Below, in pieces: positions 37,974 to 47,123 of a DNA stretch of 64,000 nt. A program made the translations under genes and the position numbers. The stretch's first letter is position 1. Each line of letters begins with the position of its first letter. This DNA is from an uncultured Haloferula sp. Its GTDB lineage: Bacteria; Verrucomicrobiota; Verrucomicrobiia; Verrucomicrobiales; Akkermansiaceae. The notes below the pieces were generated by a model, which was not told the origin of the DNA, ran no database searches, and was given only the letters and a program-made list of their open reading frames with translations. The stretch is taken from contig CBFGTS010000001.1 in NCBI GenBank assembly GCA_965652295.1, forward strand, positions 384,001 through 448,000. The letters are read 5' to 3'.

Positions 37974-38780
37974 TCAGCGGCGTCGCCGAAGGACGAGGCC
38001 GAGGGCTCCGAGAAGTCCGAGAGCCAGCGGGGTGGCGGGCTCGGGCACGGCCAAGGCCGCGATCTCGCTTTCTGTCAGGATGGTATCGTAGATGCGGAGT
38101 TCGTCCACAGAGCCTGTGAACGCATCCGTGGGAGCGCTCCGGCCGAGACGGCCGACTTCGAAGTTATTGAAGACGGATGGGAAGGTGACGGCGGGAATTG
38201 CCGTGCTTTCCGACACGAGTTGGCCATCGACGTAGAGGCGAGTCACTTCGTTGACAGCGTCCGCGGTGTAGGCGATGTGATGCCATCCGCCGTCATTCAG
38301 TGCCAGAGTCGGAGTCGGAGTGAGGTCGGGAAATCCGGAGTTCACTCCATCGCGAATCCGGCCGTAAACGCCGGTGGTGCCGGCCATGGTCCCGATGTCG
38401 AGATATCGGTTCGATGCAGTGTTGTCTCCAAGAAAGATGGCCGAATCCCGTACGCCTGGAGTGGTCCAACTCATCCAGACGGAAACCGTGATTGCCTGGC
38501 TGGTGGTGATCGCACTGAAGAGGTCGGTGGCATTTCCCATGTCGACGATGCCGTCCTGGCTGGCATCGTTGTTGAAGGTGAAGGCCGTGCCGAACACTCC
38601 GGGCGTGGCCAGGGTCACGTTTGAACCAATGACTCCATCGGCTCCTGCGGGGCCGCTGTCAACGGCGGTGCCGCCGGTCGACTCGTCAAAGGTGTAACGG
38701 GAAACCAAGGCCGCGCGGGCCGGAAGGAAGAGGGCGAGGACCAGCAAACTGTGCGCCGCGAGAAATGAGGGAGTCTTCAT
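37974..38780 (-). CDS. LamG-domain PEP-CTERM protein
   Basis: Signal peptide, LamG motifs, C-terminal VPEPATPLALGLLGALGLVLRRRR. Confidence 0.92.
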   Translation of the reverse strand: MKTPSFLAAHSLLVLALFLPARAALVSRYTFDESTGGTAVDSGPAGADGVIGSNVTLATPGVFGTAFTFNNDASQDGIVDMGNATDLFSAITTSQAITVSVWMSWTTPGVRDSAIFLGDNTASNRYLDIGTMAGTTGVYGRIRDGVNSGFPDLTPTPTLALNDGGWHHIAYTADAVNEVTRLYVDGQLVSESTAIPAVTFPSVFNNFEVGRLGRSAPTDAFTGSVDELRIYDTILTESEIAALAVPEPATPLALGLLGALGLVLRRRR

Positions 38781-38878
38781 GATGGAACGGTTTGGGATAA
38801 GTCAGACGAGTGAAGAAGAAGGCCTGCTTCTTCATCGATCTCTGCCCGGCGGAGTTCGTTCCACTGGCTGACTTTCCT

Positions 38879-38906
38879 TCTATTCCCCGTTCCCAAAGAT
38901 GCTGAC
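38879..38906 (-). promoter_or_regulatory. Putative ECF-sigma promoter (GTCAG-N16-GAATAGA)
   Basis: Same bipartite motif and spacing as 43261-43288; about 100 bp upstream of the LamG PEP-CTERM gene. Confidence 0.6.
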
Positions 38907-38914
38907 GGATTTTT

Positions 38915-40405
38915 TTACTCCACGGGTTCTTTGGTCGCGTTGTCGTACTGGTTGCTGGTGAAGATGAGCGTTTCCGGATCGCGCAGCACGTGGCGCTCGA
39001 TGAGATCCTTTTTGGGAAGCGTGACGTTCAGCACGCCGTTCTCCACCCACCACTGGCTTCGGGTCCAGGAGCTGTCGACGACTTCGCCGTTTTTCGTCAG
39101 GGACACCGTTCCATCGGGCCGGAATTCGCGGACGAAGAGATCGCCGAGATGGCGGTAAGCCCAGCGGCCGATGAACTGATCGGGGCGGGCGTTGGTGACG
39201 AGACCTTCTTCGAACTGGAGAATTCCACGGCTGTCGAGTGGCAGGTCCGAATCAGCAAGGGAGCCGCCCTCGCGGCTCAGGGTCTCAAGGGTGGCCACGA
39301 CCGTCCAGCGACCGCGGCTGTAGGAACCGGGTTCGACGTCCAGAGCGTAAATGTTGTCGGAAACATAGCGCAGCATGCCGGTGCTTCCCTTGTGGGCGTC
39401 CACCGCGACCGGCTCCCCGTCGTGAAGAAGCCGCACGTCGCGGATCACGACGGCATCGGGCCCGCTGATCCATTTGAAGATGGCCCGATACTTCGCGGGT
39501 TTCCAGACGAGGTGGGTGACATCGAAGGTGACTTCCCGCGATCCTGATGAGTCGACCTCCCAGCGGAAGTCCCTTGCCGGCAGCCGCGTCACGTATTTCT
39601 TGCGATCGAGCGGGATGGGCTGCAGCGGCTCACCGCCCACCGGGGACTGGACGAGCGATTGGTTTTCGTAAAGCAGGATGGAGTCCCGTCCGGCCGAGTG
39701 CAGTTTGATCATGCCGGAAAATACGCCGACTTCCGTACTTCCGTCGGGAAGCGCGTCCATCGCGAACTCGGTTCCGAGATCCTCGACGATGCCTCCCGAG
39801 TAGTGGATTTTGAATCCTTCGGCCCCTTTTGGCACGGTCGTGTAGAGCTTTCCCTGCTGCAGCCGTCCGGTCTCATGCCCGGCGACTTCGTAAACGGCGG
39901 GGCCTTCCAAGGTGACACACACGCCGCTGGCGTAGGTGACTTCGACGAGACCCGACTCGATGGATATTTCGCTGGAAGATGGATCCAACTCGATCCGGTG
40001 CGGGCTTTTTTCATCGGTCCACTCGACGCCCACCATGCCGGTGATGCGGGCGGGTGGCGAACTGGGGGGAGCGGCGGCGATGGAATCGGTGGACGGTGGT
40101 TCAAGGTTTCTGCCGAGCTGGAGTCCGAGGCCGAAAATCACGCAGGCAGCAACGAGAGAAGCGCCGATCGTGAGCGCGCGCGGAAATGAAACGACACGCG
40201 GTGGCTCCGCGGAGAAATCGTCCTCCTGCGGAACGACCGAGGCCATCAAGGCTTCCTGCTGGCTGGCCTCAAGGTAGTAGGCGAGGGCCGCATTGTCTTC
40301 CAACAGGTCCTCCAGCTCGGCCACTTCCGGCTTTGATAGTGGTGGCCCGTCGTGCAGGCGGTCGACCAGCCTTCGGAGTCTGGGATGAGGTGGACGGTTA
40401 TTCAT
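38915..40405 (-). CDS. FecR-like anti-sigma factor with C-terminal beta-sandwich domain
   Basis: N-terminal helical anti-sigma region, one TM helix, SGLVEV...V.LEGPA, VP.GAEGF, VEDLGTEF, V..G; overlaps the sigma gene. Confidence 0.88.
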   Translation of the reverse strand: MNNRPPHPRLRRLVDRLHDGPPLSKPEVAELEDLLEDNAALAYYLEASQQEALMASVVPQEDDFSAEPPRVVSFPRALTIGASLVAACVIFGLGLQLGRNLEPPSTDSIAAAPPSSPPARITGMVGVEWTDEKSPHRIELDPSSSEISIESGLVEVTYASGVCVTLEGPAVYEVAGHETGRLQQGKLYTTVPKGAEGFKIHYSGGIVEDLGTEFAMDALPDGSTEVGVFSGMIKLHSAGRDSILLYENQSLVQSPVGGEPLQPIPLDRKKYVTRLPARDFRWEVDSSGSREVTFDVTHLVWKPAKYRAIFKWISGPDAVVIRDVRLLHDGEPVAVDAHKGSTGMLRYVSDNIYALDVEPGSYSRGRWTVVATLETLSREGGSLADSDLPLDSRGILQFEEGLVTNARPDQFIGRWAYRHLGDLFVREFRPDGTVSLTKNGEVVDSSWTRSQWWVENGVLNVTLPKKDLIERHVLRDPETLIFTSNQYDNATKEPVE

Positions 40406-40952
40406 GGGTGGATGAAAGTCGGGACTCGATACAATGGCGGAGGGCGATCCGGATCCGCGACAGGCTCTTCTGGATTTGATTCGGCTTCACGCCAAGCTTC
40501 CGCGCGTGGGCTGCGAGCGAAAGGCGGTCATGATATTTCAACTGCAGCAGCTTTCGGCTATCCGCCGGGAGCTGGGACACGCAGTGCTGGAGCGCGGCGA
40601 GCCGGTGGTCCGCCTCGTCGGCCATGGCTTCAGCCGCCCGGGAGATGCGCTCAAGGACATCCTCGGAAAAACATACCAGCTTGCGACGCTGCATGTCGCG
40701 TCGGTGGGTCAGCACCTTGAACCACGCGGCTTTGAAGGCCCATGCCTTGAAGTTGGTGCCGGATTGGAACTCGGCCCGCCGGTCCCAGAGAAACAAACAA
40801 GTCTCCTGCACCACGTCATCGCAGGCATTGCGATCGGGCAGGAGGGAGAGGATGTATCCCCGCAGTGCAGGTCGCAGGTCTTCGATTTGCGAAGCGACAA
40901 GGCCGTCCCGATCGGAGGGATCGGGCTCGAATTGCGGCTCGGGACTCATCAT
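40398..40952 (-). CDS. ECF sigma-70 factor (Rhodopirellula/Verrucomicrobium type)
   Basis: LRGYILSL, DDVVQET, F..GTNFKAWA, L..CV.QL, LSRIRIALRHC. Confidence 0.92.
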   Translation of the reverse strand: MMSPEPQFEPDPSDRDGLVASQIEDLRPALRGYILSLLPDRNACDDVVQETCLFLWDRRAEFQSGTNFKAWAFKAAWFKVLTHRRDMQRRKLVCFSEDVLERISRAAEAMADEADHRLAALQHCVSQLPADSRKLLQLKYHDRLSLAAHARKLGVKPNQIQKSLSRIRIALRHCIESRLSSTHE

Positions 40953-40974
40953 CGGGTGGAACGTTGGAGGACGG

Positions 40975-43209
40975 CTATTCAAGGTCGTGAATTTCAAGCG
41001 GCTTGGTCGGGCCATCGACCTTCGCGGCGCTCGCAGCATATTTATCCCAGATCATCCGGGCCGCAGTGACGGGATCGCCTTCCGCCCCCTCGGCATAGGA
41101 TTTCCAGGAGTGAATCCATTTCTCGGTGAAGTCCCGGATCTCGTCATTCATCGAGAGCTTTTCTCCGCGGCGAATCGACTGATGGGCGGCATCGAGGAAA
41201 AGCTTCCACACCTCCAGATTGTAGTCGGCCATCAATCCGCCGTACTGCCGCTGGGCGTAGCCAAAGAGGGGGCTCTTTCGATCGCCCCAGAGCGTGATGA
41301 TGCGTCGGGCATTGCGCTCCCATCGGGCTTTGCCTTCGGTGGTCCGGCTGGCTCCCAGAGGATACTTCAAATAGTTCCCGAACTGGAAGATTGCATGAGT
41401 GCGCAGGAGCGTGTCGCAGTCGACGATGGCCTCGCAGTAGGCATCCGCCGCTCGTTTGAACCGGCGGGCGTCCTTGCTTTTGTAGGCTTCCCGCAGTTCG
41501 GTGTGAAGCTGCTGTTGGGCGATGTCCGACATCACCTGTCTGCCGACATCGACGAGATCGAAGTGATAGGTGTCGCGCCCGGCGAGCTCGGTGGAGGCTT
41601 CCAGCAGCAAACGGAATGCCTCGCGGACTTTGGAACTGTCATAGAAGATCGATCCGCGGACGAAGCCTTCGCCGTCCTTGGCGAGCGTGGGCGGCATGGC
41701 GAGGAAGTTGCCTTGCGGGCCGTGACGCTTGTCGTCGCACTCATAAACCGTTTCTGCCAGGATCTTCCATGCCGAGATGGCGGATTCGTTCCGGATGCCA
41801 TATCGTCCCCAGACGAATTCCTCAACCCATTCATCGAGATCCACGGGTTGATCCCGCCATGCCATTTCATAGATCTGCTCATAAACGATGGGATTGTTTT
41901 CTCCTCCTTCGTTCAGTGTGCCGATCCCTGACAAACGGCCTGCCTCGGGTTTGCCGAGCAGCTGCGGCATCTTCACGCCGACTTCGGTCAAGCGTCCATA
42001 CATGCCCTGCTTGCCGCCCCAGTTGTTGATGATGCACCAGAGCCAGGGTTTCCCGGCGAAAGCGCCGGTGTGGTCCCACTGGGGTTTACCGTCGGCGAAC
42101 AAATCGAGGAGGACCATCTGATCGTCGCCCACGCCGGAGAGCAGCGCTTCGATCCGCGGCTGGGTCCAGAAGCGGCTGTGGACAAACAACCAGCCTTGCA
42201 TGAACCAGATCGCTTCCGGGTCGGCCTCGGCCATGGATTGATAGACGGCCCGAGTCATGCCCCGGAGATAATCGGGATCATCGGTCGGAGGATCGACTTC
42301 ATTGAAGGTATCGGCCGAATAGAGATGGGCGGTGCCGTAGAGCTTGGTCGACTCGGTGACGAAGCGGGATCCGATCTTCCGGAACAGCGGATCGGAAGGA
42401 TCGAGCACGTGGATGCCGGGGAAGTTGCTCCAGTTCTTCAGCTTGGCGATCTTGGCCCCGGGGAACTTGTCCTTGAGGCCGGGCGGCACGTGGCCTCCGA
42501 AGGCCGGAAGTACCGGCTTCATGCCGAGCTCCATGGCGCGGGTCATGATGCTCTTTTGCAGCGATTCCTGGCGGTCATACCACTCGTCGGGATTCGGGCC
42601 ACCCCAGCCGTCGATGTTTCCCATGAGAAACCAGGGCAGGAAGGGTGGGGCGGCGATGAAGTCGTCGATGTCCTTCTGCGGCAGGCCGAGGTCACGATAG
42701 ACGTTGCGATAGACGACCTCGGCCCCCGTGGCCATGAGCGGCGTGTTGATGCCGTGCAGGGCCATCAGGTCGATTTCCCGTTCCCAGCGTGGTCCGTCCC
42801 AGAAGGCCATGGTGTAGCCGTAGGTGCAGTAGTTGAAGGCGTAGCGGTAGGGGTACGGGGACACCTTGCGGATCTTTTCCGACAGCTTCGGAAGGGGATC
42901 GGGAAGGGAGATCTGATCACCGCACCAGGAGATGTCACAGCGGCAGTGGTATTTTAGATACCAGTTCAGCGCCGAGGCCATCGAGACGGCGTTGTTGCCG
43001 CGGAGCACGATTTTCCCTCCGCGCGACTCGATCTCGAACACGTCGTTTCCGCCCTCCGCTGGGATCGTTTCGCAAACAAATCCGGCCGACTTGCCTGGGA
43101 GCACCCGCTGGATGAGGGCGGTGGCGGCTTCTTCGGGCGTGGGCGCGGCGATGGCGGGAAAAAAGCTGAAGGCGAGAAGGGCGATGAGAAGAGGTTTCAG
43201 GGATTTCAT
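40975..43209 (-). CDS. Alpha-N-acetylglucosaminidase, GH89
   Basis: YAFNYCTYGYTMAFWD..RWEREID.MALHGIN, MGNIDGWGGP, PVLPAFGGHVP, DTFNE, W.MQGWLF, NARRIITLWG. Confidence 0.93.
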   Translation of the reverse strand: MKSLKPLLIALLAFSFFPAIAAPTPEEAATALIQRVLPGKSAGFVCETIPAEGGNDVFEIESRGGKIVLRGNNAVSMASALNWYLKYHCRCDISWCGDQISLPDPLPKLSEKIRKVSPYPYRYAFNYCTYGYTMAFWDGPRWEREIDLMALHGINTPLMATGAEVVYRNVYRDLGLPQKDIDDFIAAPPFLPWFLMGNIDGWGGPNPDEWYDRQESLQKSIMTRAMELGMKPVLPAFGGHVPPGLKDKFPGAKIAKLKNWSNFPGIHVLDPSDPLFRKIGSRFVTESTKLYGTAHLYSADTFNEVDPPTDDPDYLRGMTRAVYQSMAEADPEAIWFMQGWLFVHSRFWTQPRIEALLSGVGDDQMVLLDLFADGKPQWDHTGAFAGKPWLWCIINNWGGKQGMYGRLTEVGVKMPQLLGKPEAGRLSGIGTLNEGGENNPIVYEQIYEMAWRDQPVDLDEWVEEFVWGRYGIRNESAISAWKILAETVYECDDKRHGPQGNFLAMPPTLAKDGEGFVRGSIFYDSSKVREAFRLLLEASTELAGRDTYHFDLVDVGRQVMSDIAQQQLHTELREAYKSKDARRFKRAADAYCEAIVDCDTLLRTHAIFQFGNYLKYPLGASRTTEGKARWERNARRIITLWGDRKSPLFGYAQRQYGGLMADYNLEVWKLFLDAAHQSIRRGEKLSMNDEIRDFTEKWIHSWKSYAEGAEGDPVTAARMIWDKYAASAAKVDGPTKPLEIHDLE

Positions 43210-43260
43210 GGGCAAAGGAGGCGGGGCGCGTCAGTCGCGTCCGAAAGTTCGCGAGATCGC

Positions 43261-43288
43261 TCTATTCCAATCCGGATCGGAACCGGAC
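43261..43288 (-). promoter_or_regulatory. Putative ECF-sigma promoter (GTCCG-N16-GAATAGA)
   Basis: Matches 38879-38906; about 50 bp upstream of the GH89 start. Confidence 0.6.
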
Positions 43289-43372
43289 AGGGATTACGTG
43301 GTATCACGAAAATAAGTTGAAGACAGCCCGTGGGCTTTCATTTCCGCAAGAGTCGGGGGTAGATCCGGTGGC

Positions 43373-44329
43373 ATGACGGACGGGGTGGAAATCGTGGGAG
43401 CCGGTTTGGCGGGGTGTTGCCTGGCGTGGCAGCTGCGGGCGCGCGGGGTGGAGGTGCGGCTGGTGGATGATGGCCGGCCGGGGGCGGCGTCGCGGGTGGC
43501 GGCGGGGTTGGTGAATCCGGTGACGGGAAAGAACTACGAGCCGAGCTGGCGGATCGCGGAGTTCCTGCCGGAGTCGGTGGCGTTTTTCGAAAAGATCGGG
43601 CGCGATCTGGGTCGGCCGCTTTGGTTTCCGCAGCCGGTGGTGAGGCTGGTCTCGGAAAAAGAATGGCCGAAGGCGGCAAGAAAACTGGAGCTGCCGGAGG
43701 TGGCGCGCTGGGTGGAGCGGGTGGAGGAGCACGTGGATGGCTGGCGGGCGAGGGTGACGTTGAAGGGCGGCGGGAGGGTGGACACGCGGGCTTTTTGTGA
43801 AGCGACGGAAGAGGAATTCGGAGTGCGGAGCGCGGAGTGCGGAATGGGAAGAAGGGTGAGATGCGGGGGTGCGTTTGATTTGATGACCGGGAGGCTGGGG
43901 GAGCATCGGTGCGCGAAGGGGGAGATCCTCACGGTGAGGCTTCCAGAATGGGACGGCTCGAAGATCCTGATCGGTGGTGGTGGCTGGTTGGTGCCGGTGG
44001 GAGACGGGCTTTTCAAATCGGGCGCGACCTATGAGTGGGACCAGCTCGATGGCACGCCGACGGCGGCGGGCCGGACGCGGGTGGAGGAGATTCTGCGGAA
44101 TCTGGGAGTCGGGGATTTCGAGGTGGTGAACCACGAGGCGGGCGTCCGCCCGATCGTGCGGCGTAGCATGCCCTTGATCGGGAAAACCGCGGAGGGTTGG
44201 GCGTTCAACGGGCTGGGATCAAAGGGCTCGCTCTACGCGCCGGGGGTGGCACGGAGGCTGGCGGAGGCGATGGTGGACGGGGTGGAGATCGAGGAGGAGC
44301 TGGACTTGGAGAAGTGGCTGGGAAGGTAG
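43373..44329 (+). CDS. FAD-dependent oxidoreductase (DAO family)
   Basis: IVGAGLAG, ASRVAAGLVNP, AKGEIL, AGVRP, NGLGSKG. Confidence 0.88.
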   Translation: MTDGVEIVGAGLAGCCLAWQLRARGVEVRLVDDGRPGAASRVAAGLVNPVTGKNYEPSWRIAEFLPESVAFFEKIGRDLGRPLWFPQPVVRLVSEKEWPKAARKLELPEVARWVERVEEHVDGWRARVTLKGGGRVDTRAFCEATEEEFGVRSAECGMGRRVRCGGAFDLMTGRLGEHRCAKGEILTVRLPEWDGSKILIGGGGWLVPVGDGLFKSGATYEWDQLDGTPTAAGRTRVEEILRNLGVGDFEVVNHEAGVRPIVRRSMPLIGKTAEGWAFNGLGSKGSLYAPGVARRLAEAMVDGVEIEEELDLEKWLGR

Positions 44330-44467
44330 CAAGTTCGCGGCGGGTCGCCGCGGCCACGGCCTGCCCCCGGGCCCTGGGCAGCCACGGTCCGGCGCGCCTC
44401 GGGGCTTGCCATGGAGCGGGAATGCGTCCATAGGGCCGCGGCAACTCCGCCGAAAGCCGCCGCAGCC

Positions 44468-46291
44468 ATGTCTTTGAAGATCCGAAATCTCGCCATTATC
44501 GCCCACGTCGACCACGGGAAGACCACCCTGGTCGACCAACTCCTGCAAGCTGGCGGCACCTACCGCGACAACCAGGAAAAGCAGGAGCGGGCGATGGACT
44601 CGATGGACCTCGAACGCGAGAAGGGCATCACCATCAAGGCGAAGAACACGTCCATTCACTGGGAAGGCTACACGATCAACATCGTCGATACGCCGGGCCA
44701 CGCCGATTTCGGCGCGGAGGTGGAGCGGGTGATGAAAATGGTCGATGGCGTGCTGCTGGTGGTCGATGCCACCGGCGGACCCCAGGCGCAGACGCGTTTC
44801 GTTTTGCGCAAGGCGCTGCAGGAGGGCCTGAAGCCGATCGTGGTGGTCAACAAGATCGACCGCGAGCTGGCGACGCCGGAAAAGGTCCACGACATGGTGC
44901 TGGAGCTTTTCCTCGATCTCGACGCGACCGAGGACCAGTTCGAGGCCCCCTTCCTGTATGGCTCGGCGCGCGACGGCTACTTCATGGACTCGCCGAATGA
45001 CGAGCGGGTCGACTGCATCCCGCTGCTGAAAAAGATCGTCGAATACGTGCCGGAACCGGCCGCCAAGGAAGACGCTCCGTTTTCCATGCTCGTTTCGAAC
45101 ATCAACTGGGACGACTACGTCGGCCGGGTGGCGATCGGCAAGGTGCTCGGCGGTTCGGTGAAAAAGGGCGACAACGTCTGGCTGCTGCGCAAGGACGGAA
45201 CCAAGCAGCGTTCAAAGGTGCTGAAGACCTTTTCCTACTCGGGTCTTGCGACGCACGACTCCGAAGGCGGCACCGCCGGCGGCATCGTGGGAATCGCGGC
45301 AGGCATCGAGGACATCGATATCGGCGACACGCTCGCGGCCAGCGAAGACGCCGAGTTGCTGCCTTTCGTGGCGATCGATCCGCCGACGGTGCAGATGGAG
45401 TTCTCGATCAATGACGGTCCGCTTGCCGGCAAGGACGGCAAGCATGTGACCTCCCGCGCGATCTGGGACCGCCTCCAGCGCGAGGTGAAGACGAACATCT
45501 CGATCATGGTCGAGGAAACCGGTCAGGCCGGTGTGTTCAAGGTTTCCGCGCGCGGTGCGATGCAGATCGCTGTGCTGGTGGAAACGATGCGTCGCGAGGG
45601 CTACGAGGTGCTCGTTTCGCGCCCAACGGTGATCTACCGGCGCGACGAAGGCGGGCAACTGCTGGAACCCTTTGAAACCCTCTACGTCGAGGCTCCAGAC
45701 GAATACTCGCAGGGCATTCTCAAGGCCCTCAACAACCGCAAGGGCATGCTGGAGAACATGGAAGTGGAGGCCAGCGGCCGCACACTGATCCAGGCCCACA
45801 TCCCGACCCGCGGCCTGATCGGCTTCGAGACCGAGCTGGTGAACCTGACCTCCGGCCACGGCATCATGAGCCACCTGTTCAAGGAATACGCGCCGCACGC
45901 CGGCGAGATCACCACGCGCATTACGGGAACCCTCGTATCGATGGAGAAGGGCGTGACCACCGCCTACTCGCTGCAAGCGCTGGAAGAGCGTGGCATCCTG
46001 TTTGTCGGTCCGGGCGCGGAGGTCTACACCGGCATGCTGGTGGGCGAAAACCCGCGCGCCGAGGACCTCATCGTGAACCCGGTGAAGGAGAAGCACCTCG
46101 ACAACATGCGTTCCTCCGGCAAGGACAAGGGCGGCAAGCTGAGCCCGCCGAAGAACTTCTCGCTCGAGCGCGCGATCGAATACATCGAGGCCGACGAACT
46201 GGTCGAGGCGACCCCGAACTTCCTCCGGCTGCGCAAGCGGATCCTCGATCCCAACGAACGCAAGCGGATGGCCAAGGCTTCGAAGGCTTGA
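44468..46291 (+). CDS. typA: Ribosome-associated GTPase TypA/BipA
   Basis: IRNLAIIAHVDHGKTTLVD, DTPGHADF, NKID, ETMRREGYE, PTRGLIG, IEADELVE. Confidence 0.97.
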   Translation: MSLKIRNLAIIAHVDHGKTTLVDQLLQAGGTYRDNQEKQERAMDSMDLEREKGITIKAKNTSIHWEGYTINIVDTPGHADFGAEVERVMKMVDGVLLVVDATGGPQAQTRFVLRKALQEGLKPIVVVNKIDRELATPEKVHDMVLELFLDLDATEDQFEAPFLYGSARDGYFMDSPNDERVDCIPLLKKIVEYVPEPAAKEDAPFSMLVSNINWDDYVGRVAIGKVLGGSVKKGDNVWLLRKDGTKQRSKVLKTFSYSGLATHDSEGGTAGGIVGIAAGIEDIDIGDTLAASEDAELLPFVAIDPPTVQMEFSINDGPLAGKDGKHVTSRAIWDRLQREVKTNISIMVEETGQAGVFKVSARGAMQIAVLVETMRREGYEVLVSRPTVIYRRDEGGQLLEPFETLYVEAPDEYSQGILKALNNRKGMLENMEVEASGRTLIQAHIPTRGLIGFETELVNLTSGHGIMSHLFKEYAPHAGEITTRITGTLVSMEKGVTTAYSLQALEERGILFVGPGAEVYTGMLVGENPRAEDLIVNPVKEKHLDNMRSSGKDKGGKLSPPKNFSLERAIEYIEADELVEATPNFLRLRKRILDPNERKRMAKASKA

Positions 46292-46311
46292 GGCCGCGAA
46301 GCGTTTTTCTG

Positions 46312-46345
46312 AAGGGGTGCAGGTGCTGGCCTGTGCCCCTTTTTT
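46312..46345 (+). terminator. Rho-independent terminator after typA
   Basis: AAGGGGTGCAGG-loop-CCTGTGCCCC followed by a T-tract. Confidence 0.75.
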
Positions 46346-46378
46346 ACGGCGCAGGCGAGCCGTCGACTTCCATCCCTG

Positions 46379-47050
46379 TCAGTGCTGTGTCGACCACTCC
46401 TCGCCGCGCTTGATGGCATCCGCGGCGATCTCGCGGTCGTCCTCGGGAAGCCGAGCTACCCACAGCGCCGCGCCCTTGGGATCGGCTTCGTGCCAGCGCA
46501 GTGCCACGTTCTGGAGGGCTTGGTTGCGCGGCCGGCCGGAAGGATACATTTCCAGCGCGGCGGCCGTGGCACCAGGATCGCGGAATGCGCGATTGGACAT
46601 GTCGTAGGTCCAGCGGCCGATGTCCTTGTCCGACATCACGCCGAGCTGCAGCGCTCTGGAAAAGACCACGTCCGCAACCTCCGGCGGCGGCCAGCCGGTG
46701 CGAATCAGCCGTGCGGAGACATTGCGAATCTGCTCGTCGGGGAGATCGCGGGCCCAGGCCACGGCTTCCTGCCGCCCGGCCCGCGTGCCCGAACGCACTT
46801 CATTCGGAAACGAAAGACCATAGGAGTCCGGATCGGCCGCAGCGCGATTGAGCAGCTCGGCGATGGTCGGCGGTCGCAACCTGAAACTCCCCGTCCGAAC
46901 GCCCGGCCGAGGGGCCGTGGATTGCCGGGTGAAGGGAGGACGGCGAGAGTTTCGAGAGTGGCTTTGGGATCGGGAAAGCCGCTTCCGTGGGAACGGTGGC
47001 GGAGTTTGTCTGACCTCGAAGCGGCTGGGTCGGGAGAACGGCTGCAAGCG
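46379..47050 (-). pseudogene. Degenerate helical-repeat (W...DP..A..W...LP) hypothetical protein
   Basis: Intact C-terminal repeats (RWHEADPKGAALWVARLP); a similar unit (DPKATLETLAVLP) sits in another frame upstream; no clean start; 5' boundary approximate. Confidence 0.45.
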
Positions 47051-47123
47051 CTCTGTCCGGCGGTCGATGCCCGCCGCTCCTGCGGGGCTTGCAGGAAAAG
47101 ACGTGAGTTGCTCGAATGCGGCC

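Noticed and set aside
40975..41001. Possible third ECF promoter (GAATAG) upstream of the sigma gene
   Set aside because: It is the GH89 Glu-stop codon pair, and there is no GTCMG at 16-nt spacing
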